Assembly (NCBI GenBank): GCA_034189655.1
Contig: JAXHUE010000001.1
Location: 58,022 to 122,021 of the forward strand
Length of the DNA: 64,000 nt
Direction of reading: 5' to 3'
DNA from: Chloroflexota bacterium
Lineage (GTDB): Bacteria; Chloroflexota; Dehalococcoidia; E44-bin15
A program made the position numbers and the translations under genes. Positions 17,699 through 27,651 of the stretch are shown here, in pieces. The notes under the pieces were generated by a model. It searched no databases. It had not been told where the DNA came from and saw nothing but the letters and a program-made list of their open reading frames with translations. The stretch's first letter is position 1. Every line of letters begins with the position of its first letter.

Positions 17699-19099
17699 CT
17701 ACCCCCGGTACAGCGTCCTTCCCCCCACGGTGTCCTTGTTGAGCCTGCGGTTCAAGTGGAGCCCCTCGAAGACGAACTCCAGCGCCGCGGCGACGGCCGC
17801 CGGGCTATCGCCCCCACCCAGCCGCTCCACCACGTCGTCCATGCCCCCCACCTCCGCGGCCACGCTGACATACTCTCCAGAGCCCATGCCCTCCGACACC
17901 TCAACCTTCAAGCCATCGTTGAACCTCTGGACGAGGTGCTCAAGCTCCCTCACGTTGAAGTAGCGGTTGAAGGTGACCAGCACCGCGTGCCTGGTGAGCC
18001 TCTCGACGACGTCGCCCTCTCTCTCCTCCTCGATGCCATCGAGCTCGATCTTGCCCTTGGTGGAGGCGAAGAGGAACGGCAGGTCGCTCATACGGGGCAC
18101 CACCTGCCCCTCGCCGAGCCTGATGCCCCTCCTCACGGCGTTGGCCACCATGCTCTCGAAGTTCGATATCGAGACGCGGACGCTCACCCCGGAGCGCTGG
18201 CTTATGTCGTTGCTCTTCCGCGCCTGGTGCGTTATCTCGGCCACTATCTCCTTCATGTAGGGGGGGACCCAGGCCGTGACCCGGCCATCGTCGAACCTGG
18301 CGGTCTCCCGCTCCATGATCTCTATCTCGTCCTCTATGGTCTTCGGGTAGTGCGTCCTGATCTCAGCGCCGTAGCGGTCTTTCAACGGGGTGATGATGCG
18401 CCCGCGGCTGGTGTAGTCCTCCGGGTTGGCGCTGGCGACGATGTACACGTCGAGCGGCATCCTTACCTTGTAGCCCCTGATCTGGATGTCCCGCTCCTCC
18501 AGGATATTGAACAGGCCCACCTGTATCCGCTCCGCCAGGTCGGGGAGCTCGTTTATGCAGAAGATGCCGCGGTTGGTGCGCGGGATGAGGCCGTAGTGGA
18601 TGGTGAGCTCGTCGGAGAGGTACCTCCCCTCGGCCACGCGGATGGGGTCTACCTCACCGATCAAGTCGGCTATGGTGGTATCCGGCGTGGCCAGCTTCTC
18701 CCCGTACCTGCGGTCGCGGTGGAGCCACGCTATCTCCACCCGGTCCCCGTGCCGGGCGACCTTCTGGCGGCAGCTCTGGCATATCGGGCGATAGGGGTCA
18801 TCGTTGATCTCGCAGCCGGCGATGACCGGGACCTCCTCGTCGAGGAGGCCCACCAGCGCGCGTATCATCCTGGTCTTGGCCTGGCCCCTCTCCCCGAGCA
18901 GGATGATGTCCTGGCCGGCGAGGATGGCGTTCTCCACCTGGGGTATGACCGTCTGCCCGAACCCCACTATGCCCGGAAAGAGGTCATCGCCGCTCCTCAC
19001 CTTCTCGATGAGGTTCTTCCTCATCTCCTCACGCACCGGGAGCACCCTGTACCCCGAGGCGGTGAGCTCGCGGATGTTCCTCGGCCTCTCCGCTGTCAT
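17699..19099 (-). CDS. AAA+ ATPase, Mg-chelatase ChlI/MoxR-like
   Basis: Walker A GERGQAKT, Walker B, sensor regions and an Mg-chelatase-like C-terminal half. Partner of the downstream VWA gene. Confidence 0.8.
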   Translation of the reverse strand: MTAERPRNIRELTASGYRVLPVREEMRKNLIEKVRSGDDLFPGIVGFGQTVIPQVENAILAGQDIILLGERGQAKTRMIRALVGLLDEEVPVIAGCEINDDPYRPICQSCRQKVARHGDRVEIAWLHRDRRYGEKLATPDTTIADLIGEVDPIRVAEGRYLSDELTIHYGLIPRTNRGIFCINELPDLAERIQVGLFNILEERDIQIRGYKVRMPLDVYIVASANPEDYTSRGRIITPLKDRYGAEIRTHYPKTIEDEIEIMERETARFDDGRVTAWVPPYMKEIVAEITHQARKSNDISQRSGVSVRVSISNFESMVANAVRRGIRLGEGQVVPRMSDLPFLFASTKGKIELDGIEEEREGDVVERLTRHAVLVTFNRYFNVRELEHLVQRFNDGLKVEVSEGMGSGEYVSVAAEVGGMDDVVERLGGGDSPAAVAAALEFVFEGLHLNRRLNKDTVGGRTLYRG

Positions 19100-19335
19100 G
19101 GCCCCGCCTTCCGCGAGGCAGACCGGCGCTCGTGCCCCTGCCGCCTGCCCCCCTCGCCTCTCTTGGGGAGGCCGCCCTGATGACGCAGAGGCAGTCCCCG
19201 CCCTCGCTTCACGGCCTTGCTCGAGCGGAAGCGGTTTGCGTTGGTGAACCCGCTGCCTTTCGCCATCACCCTGGCCATCCCCACAGCACCTATTATAGTG
19301 ATTTACCGCACGCTATATCAAGTGCGCCGCCGCCT

Positions 19336-19364
19336 TTGACATCGCCCCCCTTTTCCCGTATAGT
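19336..19364 (+). promoter_or_regulatory. promoter TTGACA-N17-TATAGT upstream of NMO gene
   Basis: Seen directly. TTGACA tcgccccccttttcccg TATAGT, about 85 nt before the ATG at 19451. Confidence 0.5.
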
Positions 19365-19450
19365 GCGGGTGTGAGACCATCGGCACAAGACCCCTCTCTC
19401 TAAAGAGCCCAGCAACACCCCACGACCCAATGCAAAGCGAGGAGGACGCC

Positions 19451-20455
19451 ATGAAGTGGAAGACCAGGGTCACCGACATCCTGGGCAGTACCTACCCCAT
19501 AATCCAGGGGGCCTACGGCGGGTTCGGCACCTCGGCCATCGCGGCGCCGGTCTCGGCCGCGGGTGGGTTCGGCATCATCACCGCCGGGGCGCTCAGGACG
19601 CCGGAGCTGCTGCGCGAGGACATCAAGAGGGCGCGCTCCATGACTGACCAGCCCTTCGGGGTGAACCTGAGCATCGGGCTGTGCCCCCAGATAGACGAGA
19701 TGCGGGAGGTGGCCATCGAGGAGAGGGTGCCCGTCATCTTCACCGCGGCCTACCGCGCCGATGACCACGGCAAGAGGATACAGGAGGCCGGGCTCAAGTG
19801 GGTGCACAAGGTGGCAACGGTGCACCACGCCCTCGCCGCCGAGCGCCAGGGGGCCGACGCCGTGGTCATCGTGGGCCTGGAGGGGGCGGGCTTCAAGAAC
19901 ATAAGCCAGCTCCCCACGCTCATCGCCATCACCACTGCCACCAGGATGATGAAGGTGCCGCTCATCGCCGCCGGGGGCATCGGTGACGGCCACGGCTTCT
20001 TGAGCGCGCTCGCCATGGGGGCCGAGGGTGTCTACCTGGGCACCGCCTTCATGGCCACCAAGGAGTGCCCCATCTCCGACCGCTACAAGCAGACCCTGGT
20101 CGACGGCCAGCCGTGGGAGCCCGCCTTCCGCGACCGGGCGCTGGCCCCGCCCAAGCAAGAGGAGTACCAGAAGGTGATGAAGGAGAAGGACAACGTGCCT
20201 ACCAGCCAGTGGCTTCAGCGGCTGGAGCTGGTGCTGCTCAAGGAGTCGCCCGATACCGCCATCGACTGGGAGAACGCCCTCCAGGACTGGGACCCTGAAG
20301 TCGCGGTGAGGCTGAGCGGCGGCTCGCTCGCGGTGGGCGTCATCGACAGGGTGATGACGGTGAAGGAGCTCATCGACTGCATGGTAGCGGACGCCGAGGC
20401 GATCCTGCGCCGGGAGGGCACGCTGGGCCGCATATCGACCACCGACGCCCCGTGA
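19451..20455 (+). CDS. nitronate monooxygenase / FabK-like FMN-dependent enoyl reductase family
   Basis: NMO (2-nitropropane dioxygenase) TIM-barrel signature (GGFG...AAGGIGDG). Start at second Met, with the GAGGAGG RBS inside the track ORF N-terminus. Confidence 0.8.
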   Translation: MKWKTRVTDILGSTYPIIQGAYGGFGTSAIAAPVSAAGGFGIITAGALRTPELLREDIKRARSMTDQPFGVNLSIGLCPQIDEMREVAIEERVPVIFTAAYRADDHGKRIQEAGLKWVHKVATVHHALAAERQGADAVVIVGLEGAGFKNISQLPTLIAITTATRMMKVPLIAAGGIGDGHGFLSALAMGAEGVYLGTAFMATKECPISDRYKQTLVDGQPWEPAFRDRALAPPKQEEYQKVMKEKDNVPTSQWLQRLELVLLKESPDTAIDWENALQDWDPEVAVRLSGGSLAVGVIDRVMTVKELIDCMVADAEAILRREGTLGRISTTDAP

Positions 20456-20560
20456 GCCCTCGAGGCGACGAGGGGCGCGAGGTGCCGCCCATCCTTGCAC
20501 CACCCCACCCATTTCTGTATACTTGCCAGGCAGCATAATCTATCCATCGGGAGGACTTTA

Positions 20561-21403
20561 ATGACAAAGGCCATCGACTACTGGATCAACCCCTTCACGC
20601 CGGAGTTCATGAAGAGGTGCTGGGTCGACGAGCCCGAGTTCGCCACCATGACCGGCGGCAAGCTGCTGGGGCGCTTCGAGGGCTACTCCGTAGACGAGTT
20701 CGTCAAGGTGCTCGACGAGTGCGAGGTGGAGAAGTGCTTCATCCCCTCGTGGAAGATGTTCTCCTTCAAGCGCAAGGAGCCGATGTGGAGCTTCTCCGTG
20801 GAGGAGATCGCCGCCCTGGTCTCCCAGCGCCCCGACAGGCTCGCCGGCCTGTGCGGCATAAACCCCTACGCCCGCATGGACGGCGTGCGCGAGCTGGAGC
20901 GCGCGGTGAAGGAGTACGGCTTCGTCGGCGCCCACCTCCACCCCTTCGGCTACGAGCGGCCGGTGAACCACCGCGACTACTACCCCTTCTACACCAAGTG
21001 CGTCGAGCTCGACGTGCCGGTGGTGATGCAGATAGGGCACTCCCTGGAGATGATGCCCAACGAGATGGGTCGCCCCATCCACCTGGAGGACATCCTGCTC
21101 TACTTCCCCGACCTCCGCGTGGTGGCCGGCCACACCGGCTGGCCCTGGGTGGAGGAGCTCATCTCGCTCTCGCTCGTCTACCGCAACCTGTACATCGGCA
21201 CCACGGCCCACGCCCCCAAGTACTGGGACCCCGCCCTGGTCCAGTACCTGAATAGCAGGGGCATCGGCAGGGTGATGTGGGGCACCGACTGGCCCGTCGT
21301 CGACCACAAGACCAGCCGCGAGCAGGTGGAGGCGCTCAACCTGAAAGACCAGGCCAAGGAGCAGCTCTTCCGAGAGGTGGCGGTCAGTGTCTTCAAGCTA
21401 TAA
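20561..21403 (+). CDS. amidohydrolase-2 family metal-dependent hydrolase (ACMSD-like TIM barrel)
   Basis: Amidohydrolase_2-like conserved His/Asp positions (HLHPF, GHTGWPW, GTDWP). Start at the ATG at 20561 after GGGAGGA. Confidence 0.75.
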   Translation: MTKAIDYWINPFTPEFMKRCWVDEPEFATMTGGKLLGRFEGYSVDEFVKVLDECEVEKCFIPSWKMFSFKRKEPMWSFSVEEIAALVSQRPDRLAGLCGINPYARMDGVRELERAVKEYGFVGAHLHPFGYERPVNHRDYYPFYTKCVELDVPVVMQIGHSLEMMPNEMGRPIHLEDILLYFPDLRVVAGHTGWPWVEELISLSLVYRNLYIGTTAHAPKYWDPALVQYLNSRGIGRVMWGTDWPVVDHKTSREQVEALNLKDQAKEQLFREVAVSVFKL

Positions 21404-21442
21404 TTCAGGGCGGGCCCGCGGTCCGCTCACAGGGGGTTGGTC

Positions 21443-22171
21443 ATGAGCTATGAGAATATCATCGTGGAGAAGGCAGAAGGCTGTGCCCGGGTGACCCTCA
21501 ACCGTCCCCAGGTGAAGAACTGCCTGAACACCCAGACCCTCACCGAGCTTGAGCGCGCCTTCGACGACATCGAGAGGGACGGCGAGGTAAAGGTGGCGGT
21601 GCTCACCGGCTCGGGCGGCGCCTTCTGCTCCGGCGCCGACCTGAAGGAGCTACGGGGGCTCGACCCCGACCGCTTCGCCACCTTCATCCGCCTCTTCCAC
21701 CGCGTGTGCAACAAGATAGAGGGCCTGCAGAAGCCGGTCATCGCCGCCATAAACGCCGTCACGCTTGCCGGCGGCCTGGAGGTGGCCATGTCGTGCGACT
21801 TGAGGGTGGCCGCCGAGGACGCCCAGCTTGGGGACCACCACGCCAACTTCGGTGGCATACCCGGCGGCGGCGGCACGCAGCGCCTGCCCCGCCTGGTGGG
21901 CATGGGCCGGGCCAAGGATATTCTGCTCACCGGCAGGTGGCTCGACGCCAGGGAGGCGGAGCGCATCGGCCTGGTGAACCGGGTGGCCCCCGCGGGCAAG
22001 CTGGACGAGACCGTGGCAGAGCTGGTGCAGAGCCTGGTCTCCAAGAGCCCGGCCTCCATGAGCGCCATCAAGGGGCTGGTAAACCACGGCATGCAGACCG
22101 ATATCGCCACCGGGCTGGAGCTGGAGATACTGGCCATCACCCAGCGGCCCTTCGGCAGCCCCGGCGGCTGA
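21443..22171 (+). CDS. enoyl-CoA hydratase/isomerase (crotonase family)
   Basis: Crotonase fold (GSGGAFCSGADL, AAINAVTLAGG). Second crotonase paralog in the window. Confidence 0.85.
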   Translation: MSYENIIVEKAEGCARVTLNRPQVKNCLNTQTLTELERAFDDIERDGEVKVAVLTGSGGAFCSGADLKELRGLDPDRFATFIRLFHRVCNKIEGLQKPVIAAINAVTLAGGLEVAMSCDLRVAAEDAQLGDHHANFGGIPGGGGTQRLPRLVGMGRAKDILLTGRWLDAREAERIGLVNRVAPAGKLDETVAELVQSLVSKSPASMSAIKGLVNHGMQTDIATGLELEILAITQRPFGSPGG

Positions 22172-22210
22172 CCCACCCTGTGCCGTCCGCGGGCACCACA
22201 GGATATAAAG

Positions 22211-22245
22211 AAGGGCTGTCCACGAGGGACAGCCCTTTTATTCTT
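22211..22245. terminator. rho-independent terminator (bidirectional) AGGGCTGTCC-acgag-GGACAGCCCT + TTTTATTCTT
   Basis: Seen directly: 10-bp GC-rich stem, 5-nt loop, T-rich tail. A-rich on the other side, so likely serves both convergent genes. Confidence 0.65.
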
Positions 22246-22263
22246 GCCTGCGACCAGCGGAGA

Positions 22264-23145
22264 CTAGTGCCCTTCTTCCTTCCCCCCCCTGCCCCTCAAG
22301 TACTGCTCTATCTCCTTCAAGAGCTCCTCGGTCTTGTACTCGGCGTGTATCTCCTCCTCCTCGCTGCTCTTCTCTGCAAGCAGCTCGAAGTACTGGATGA
22401 GCTCCCGCGCCTCCTCCTGGTACGAGCTCTTAAGGATGTCGAGCTGGTGCTCTATCTCCTTGTCGGTCTCGCTGGCCCACTCATCGAGCTCGGTGAGCTC
22501 TACATCGAGCCCCGTCATCTGGCGCATCACGCTGAGCACCGCCCGGGAGGACCTGGGGTTGGCGATGTGCGTGGTGTAGATGGGTATCTCACCCAGGAGG
22601 CAGACACCATCCATGTCCCTCCTGCGGGCATAGCCCAGGAGCAGCCCATTCATGCCGCTTATGGTGCCCTCCCGCAGCAGTGTCACGTCATACTCCTTCA
22701 GCTCCGGGACTAGCCCCGGCCTCGTCGTGGCCGCGAGCACGCGCGGCGTCTTGGTATGGTAGATGTGATTGGGCGTGGCGGCAAAGGTGTATATCCGCTC
22801 CACGCCGAACCTCTGGGCAGTATCCAGTATCACGTTGGCCAGCTTGTGGTCGTTCATCGGTGGCTGGGCCTCGCCGATGAAGATGATGATGTCCCGCTCC
22901 CCCTTTCCCCGCAGCACGTAGAGGCTGTTGTCGGGGAGCTCAGGCTCCTGTATCACGCTGTCCTCGATGACGACAGCACTGGCATCGAAGAACTCCTCAG
23001 GATCGATCTGGCCCAGGTCCTGGCCCCCCAGCTTCTCCTTCAAGAACCTCGCCGCGATGATGGCCACCCCACCCATGCCGGGCCACGCCGCCACCATTAT
23101 GGGGTTGTTCAGCGTGGGCTCTATGTAGAGCCTCACCTGGTCCAT
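22264..23145 (-). CDS. PAC2-family (proteasome assembly chaperone-like) protein
   Basis: 293 aa. The N-terminal region (IMVAAWPGMGGVAIIA) is typical of PAC2/DUF75-family proteins, with an acidic C-terminal tail. Confidence 0.6.
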   Translation of the reverse strand: MDQVRLYIEPTLNNPIMVAAWPGMGGVAIIAARFLKEKLGGQDLGQIDPEEFFDASAVVIEDSVIQEPELPDNSLYVLRGKGERDIIIFIGEAQPPMNDHKLANVILDTAQRFGVERIYTFAATPNHIYHTKTPRVLAATTRPGLVPELKEYDVTLLREGTISGMNGLLLGYARRRDMDGVCLLGEIPIYTTHIANPRSSRAVLSVMRQMTGLDVELTELDEWASETDKEIEHQLDILKSSYQEEARELIQYFELLAEKSSEEEEIHAEYKTEELLKEIEQYLRGRGGKEEGH

Positions 23146-23232
23146 CGCACCCCCGATCTCGCCCCACGCACACCCGCGCAGGCTCGCCTGTATACTATAC
23201 AGGAAAGCCCCGCGCTTTTCCAGCGGGCACCG

Positions 23233-23970
23233 CTAGAGCAGTGGGAAGTAGTTCACCCTTATGAACGAGAAGTTCTGTTTTACCTTGTCGCCGCCCTTGA
23301 GGATGCCCCCGTACTCGGTGCTGTGACCGGGGAGCAGGTACTCGATGTCCAGCTCGGAGAGCCTCTCTATGCTCTGCCTCAGCAGCTTCCCGTCCCCGCC
23401 GGGGATATCGGTGCGGCCAATGCCCCCGTAGAATACCACGTCGCCCGATATCAGCACCTTGCCCTCGGGCCAGTAGATGCTTATCGACCCTGGGGAGTGC
23501 CCCGGTGTGTGCATGATGCGCAGGCTCAGCCTGCCCTCCTTGCCCAGGTTGAGCTCACCCTCCCGTAAGTAGAAGTCGGGCTCGAAGTCCACGTTGCGCC
23601 CCAGCACCCTGGCCATCATCTCCCCCAGCTTCTGCCGGTATGCCTCTTCCGCCTCGTGTATGGCAACGAGGGCACGGCCCGTCCCGCCATCCCCCGCTGT
23701 CCTCTCTACCACGGCGGTGCTGGCCTCGCAGTGGTCGGGGTGAGCGTGTGTGTTTATGACCAGCCCCACATCCTCCACCTTGAGGCCGTCCCGCGCCATG
23801 GCGGCAACGAGCCCCTCGAAGCAATGCTCGCCCACCTCGTTGTCCACGTGCCCGGGGTCTACGAGCACGTGTGGCTTCTCGCCACGGAGGACGCTGGCGA
23901 AGAGATAGCTGTGGGAGTTGTTCCCCTTCCCCTCCCACATGTAGCTGTAGAGGTCGTCCACCAGTCTCAT
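23233..23970 (-). CDS. MBL-fold metallo-hydrolase
   Basis: HxHxDH motif (THAHPDH) and downstream His/Asp ligands (HTPGHSPGS, GD, H). Start set at the Met with AGGAG RBS. Confidence 0.8.
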   Translation of the reverse strand: MRLVDDLYSYMWEGKGNNSHSYLFASVLRGEKPHVLVDPGHVDNEVGEHCFEGLVAAMARDGLKVEDVGLVINTHAHPDHCEASTAVVERTAGDGGTGRALVAIHEAEEAYRQKLGEMMARVLGRNVDFEPDFYLREGELNLGKEGRLSLRIMHTPGHSPGSISIYWPEGKVLISGDVVFYGGIGRTDIPGGDGKLLRQSIERLSELDIEYLLPGHSTEYGGILKGGDKVKQNFSFIRVNYFPLL

Positions 23971-24021
23971 ACCGCTCCTGTCTAAAACGCGCTCCCGCGG
24001 GCGCAAGGACGCCGGGCGACC

Positions 24022-24050
24022 TTTGCCCACGGCCCAATACATAGTATAAT
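24022..24050 (+). promoter_or_regulatory. candidate promoter TTTGCC-N17-TATAAT
   Basis: TATAAT at 24045..24050, about 50 nt before the ATG at 24101. Weak -35. Confidence 0.35.
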
Positions 24051-24100
24051 TTAACAAGAGAGAATTGGCCAGCGCACGAGCGATTCAACAAGGGAGGGCC

Positions 24101-24676
24101 ATGGGAGAGCTTAAGAGCGCCTTCGAGAGGGCACTGGAGAAGGCAGACGGCCTGGGCACACTGTCCCCCCAGGAGATGAGAGGGCTCAAAGAGGCAGAGT
24201 TCGTCCCCGTGGGGCGGGCGCTCGCCGAGCGCTACCTGGGGCACGGCCACACCAGGGTGCTCTCAGACGAGGCGTCCAGGTACCACGGAGAAGAGAGGGA
24301 CATCGTCTCCCGCGCCGCCCTGGAGAGGCTGGTGGAGGCCATCGACGTACGCGAAGGGGAGCGCAGCGAGAGGGCGCTCGCCGCCATCCCGGCCCTCGCC
24401 GGGGCCGGCCACGCCGCCGAGGCCATCGGGGCCATCAGGGGCCTCCTGGAGGAGCACAGGCAGGCAGTGGAGCAGAGGTTCAGCCAGCAGAGGGAGCAGC
24501 GCGAGAGGCAGATAAGGGAGCTGCTCCACCAGATGCGCATCGCGGGGAGCGCCGTGGGCGATGTCAACCCCAGCTCAAGCGATGCCTGGAGGCAGGACGC
24601 CCACGAGCTCGACGCCCGCTTCGACGAGAGGCTGGGCGAGCTCAAAGGGCAGCTGCGGGCATCCCTGCCCCGGTGA
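24101..24676 (+). CDS. hypothetical protein (charged, helical; no recognisable domain)
   Basis: ORF with good RBS (AAGGGAGGG-N3-ATG). E/R-rich sequence and no motif I recognise. Could be a spurious GC-frame ORF. Confidence 0.4.
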   Translation: MGELKSAFERALEKADGLGTLSPQEMRGLKEAEFVPVGRALAERYLGHGHTRVLSDEASRYHGEERDIVSRAALERLVEAIDVREGERSERALAAIPALAGAGHAAEAIGAIRGLLEEHRQAVEQRFSQQREQRERQIRELLHQMRIAGSAVGDVNPSSSDAWRQDAHELDARFDERLGELKGQLRASLPR

Positions 24677-24780
24677 GCGGCCACAGGCCCCCAGCACCGA
24701 CCCTCCTCTTATCTTGGGGCCCTCTCCCCCACCCCTTGACCGGGCCACCCACACCCGCGAGGTGAGCAGACGTCTGGCCC

Positions 24781-26085
24781 TCACCGTATGACATCGAAGC
24801 CGGTATAGGGGTGCAGCGCCTGGGGGATGGCGATGCTGCCGTCGCGCTGCTGGTAGTTCTCCAGCACCGAGATGAGCACGCGGGGGAGGCCCAGCCCAGA
24901 CCCGTTCAGCGTGTGGCAGAACTGGGGCTTGGCCCCGGCCTCGGGGCGGAAGCGGACGTTGGCACGGCGGGCCTGGAAGTCGGTGCAGTTGGAGCACGAG
25001 CTTACCTCCAGCCACTCGCCACAGCCGGGGGCCCACACCTCGATATCGTAGGACTTGGCAGAGGCGAAACCGAGGTCGCCGCTGCAGAGCTGGAGCACGC
25101 GATAGGGGAGTCCCAGGCGGCGGCACACCTCCTCGGCATCGGCCACCATCAGCTCCAGCTCATCGAAGGAGTGCTCCGGCTCGGTGAACTTGTAGAGCTC
25201 CACCTTGTCGAACTGGTGGCCCCGCTTTATCCCCCTGGTGTCCTTGCCCGCCGACATCTTCTCCCGGCGGAAGCACGGGGTGTAGGCCACGTAGCGGAGG
25301 GGGAGGACCCCCGGGGTGAGCACCTCGTCGCGGTGCAGGTTGGTGAGCGGCACCTCTGCCGTGGGCACGAGCCAGAAGTCGTCCTCCTCGTCGTGGTACA
25401 GGTTGTCGGCGAACTTGGGCAGGTTGCCCGAGCCCACCATGCACTCGCGCTTCACCATGAACGGGGGGTACACCTCGGTGTAGCCCCGCTCGCTCGCGTG
25501 GAGGTGCAGCATGAACGATATGAGCGCCCGCTGCAGGCGGGCCCCCGCCCCTTTGAGCACGTAGAAGCGCGTGCCCGAGAGCTTCACACCCCTCTCGAAG
25601 TCGATTATCCCCAGCGACTCGCCCAGCTCCCAGTGGGGCCTGGCGGTAATGTCGAGCTCCCCGGCCTGGCCCCAGGTGCGCACCACGACGTTGTCGCCCT
25701 CGCCGCGTCCCGGGGGCACACTGTCGTGGGGGATGTTGGGCACGCGGAGCAGGAGGTCGTTGAGCTCCTCCTCCACCGACCCCAGCAGCTCATCCAATGC
25801 CTTGGCCTTGCCGCCGACCTCGCGCACCTCGGCCATGAGCCGCTCCTCCTGGTCGGCAGGCGTCCCCTCTCCCCCCTCTGCCTCCTGGGCCTGGGCGGTC
25901 TTCATCCTCCCTATGGCCTTGCTCAGCTCGTTGCGCCGCGAGCGCAGCGCCTCCACCTCCACCAGGAGGCGACGGCGCCGCTCGTCGAGGTGGAGTATCT
26001 CGTCTATGGGCGCGGTGTCGCTGCGCCTGTCCAGCGCCTGGCGCACCGTGTCTGGGTTTTCCCTGATGAACTGAAGGCTGAGCAC
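24781..26085 (-). CDS. serS: seryl-tRNA synthetase
   Basis: Class II aaRS motifs and the SerS N-terminal coiled coil. GTG start at 26085 preceded by GGGAGGGGGA gives an N-terminus [12 protein letters not shown] typical of SerS. Confidence 0.95.
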   Translation of the reverse strand: MLSLQFIRENPDTVRQALDRRSDTAPIDEILHLDERRRRLLVEVEALRSRRNELSKAIGRMKTAQAQEAEGGEGTPADQEERLMAEVREVGGKAKALDELLGSVEEELNDLLLRVPNIPHDSVPPGRGEGDNVVVRTWGQAGELDITARPHWELGESLGIIDFERGVKLSGTRFYVLKGAGARLQRALISFMLHLHASERGYTEVYPPFMVKRECMVGSGNLPKFADNLYHDEEDDFWLVPTAEVPLTNLHRDEVLTPGVLPLRYVAYTPCFRREKMSAGKDTRGIKRGHQFDKVELYKFTEPEHSFDELELMVADAEEVCRRLGLPYRVLQLCSGDLGFASAKSYDIEVWAPGCGEWLEVSSCSNCTDFQARRANVRFRPEAGAKPQFCHTLNGSGLGLPRVLISVLENYQQRDGSIAIPQALHPYTGFDVIR

Positions 26086-26163
26086 TGCTACTCCCCCTCC
26101 CGTGGGCTCACCGCCAGAGGCGGTGTGGCCCCGGCCCGACTCTATGTCCAGCACCCTGACGCA

Positions 26164-27648
26164 CTACCTGGAGCGAAGCTGGGGAAAGAGGATGACCTCC
26201 CGTATCGACTGCTGGTCGGTGAGCAGCATGACCAGCCGGTCGATGCCCACCCCCAGCCCGCCGGTGGGCGGCATGCCGTGCTCCAGTGCCAGCAGGAAGT
26301 CCTCGTCCACACGCTCCGTCTCCTCGTCGCCGGCGAGCGCGCGCAGCCTCTCCTGCTCCTCGAACCGCTGCCGCTGCTCGATGGGGTCGTTGAGCTCGGT
26401 GAAGGCGTTGGCGATCTCCATCCCGCCGGCAAACGCCTCGAAGCGCTCCACCAGCCGCTCGCTCTCCGGCTTCCTCTTGGCGAGCGGTGAGAGCTCCACG
26501 GGGTAGTCCACCACGATGGTGGGCTGGACCAGCGCAGGCTCGACGAAGGAGGAGATGAGCTTATCGATGAGCTTGCCCACCCCCCGGATATCGCCGGTGA
26601 ACACCCCGATCTCCTCCATGCGGTGCTTGAGCGACGACTCGTCGCGGTACTCCTCGATGTCTATGCCGCAGCCCTCCACGATGGCCTCCCGCAGCGTGAC
26701 GCGCTGCCACGGCGGCGCCAGGTCCACCGCGGTGCCCGCGTAGGACACGACCGTCGAGCCCCGCACCTCGTTGGCAACCGACGCCACCATCTGCTCCAGC
26801 ATGGCCATGACGTCGGTGTAGTCGGCGTAGGCCTCGTAGCTCTCCAGCATGGTGAACTCAGGGTTGTGCCTGGTGGAGATGCCCTCGTTGCGAAAGATAC
26901 GCCCAATCTCGTACACCTTGTCGAAGCCGCCGATGACCAGCCGCTTCAAGTAGAGCTCGGTGGCGATGCGCAGGTAGAGGTCCTGGTCCAGCGCGTGGTG
27001 GTGGGTGACGAAGGGACGTGCGGCGGCGCCCCCGGGGCTCGCGTGGAACACCGGCGTCTCCACCTCGATGAAGCCGCGCTCGTCGAGGAAGCGCCTCACT
27101 GCGGAGACAGCCTTGCTGCGGGCCCTGAATATGGCGCCGATGCCCTCGTTGGAGATGGTGTCCAGGTAGCGCTGCCGGTAGCGCTTCTCCACGTCGGCCA
27201 GCCCGTGCCACTTCTCGGGCAGCGGCTGGAGCGACTTGGCCAGCACGGCGAAGTCAGATACCTCCAGCGTTATCTCGCCGCTGCGCGTCCTGAAGAGCCC
27301 TCCCTCGGCACCGACGATGTCGCCGATATCGAGGTCGCTGAGCAGCGCGAACTGGTCCCCCAGCCCGTCCTTCCTGAAATAGAGCTGGATGCGGCCGCTG
27401 CCATCCTTGATATCCGCGAAGGACGCCTTCCCCATGTCCCGCGAGGCCACGATGCGGCCGGCAAGCCTCACCGCGGGTCGCTGGCCCTGGTCGGCGCCGG
27501 CCTCCTCCCAGTGCTCGAAGAGGGCGGCCGCCTCTTTCGTGGTGTGGCTACGGCGGTAGCGGGGGGGGTAGGGGTCGATGCCCCGCTCCCTGATCCTCTC
27601 AAGCTTGTCGCGTCGCCACTGGAGGATATCGTCGGAGCGCGTGGGCAT
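26164..27648 (-). CDS. lysS: lysyl-tRNA synthetase (class II)
   Basis: 494 aa with an N-terminal OB anticodon-binding domain and class II motifs (FRNEG, GGGIGIDRL). Confidence 0.95.
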   Translation of the reverse strand: MPTRSDDILQWRRDKLERIRERGIDPYPPRYRRSHTTKEAAALFEHWEEAGADQGQRPAVRLAGRIVASRDMGKASFADIKDGSGRIQLYFRKDGLGDQFALLSDLDIGDIVGAEGGLFRTRSGEITLEVSDFAVLAKSLQPLPEKWHGLADVEKRYRQRYLDTISNEGIGAIFRARSKAVSAVRRFLDERGFIEVETPVFHASPGGAAARPFVTHHHALDQDLYLRIATELYLKRLVIGGFDKVYEIGRIFRNEGISTRHNPEFTMLESYEAYADYTDVMAMLEQMVASVANEVRGSTVVSYAGTAVDLAPPWQRVTLREAIVEGCGIDIEEYRDESSLKHRMEEIGVFTGDIRGVGKLIDKLISSFVEPALVQPTIVVDYPVELSPLAKRKPESERLVERFEAFAGGMEIANAFTELNDPIEQRQRFEEQERLRALAGDEETERVDEDFLLALEHGMPPTGGLGVGIDRLVMLLTDQQSIREVILFPQLRSR

Positions 27649-27651
27649 CTC

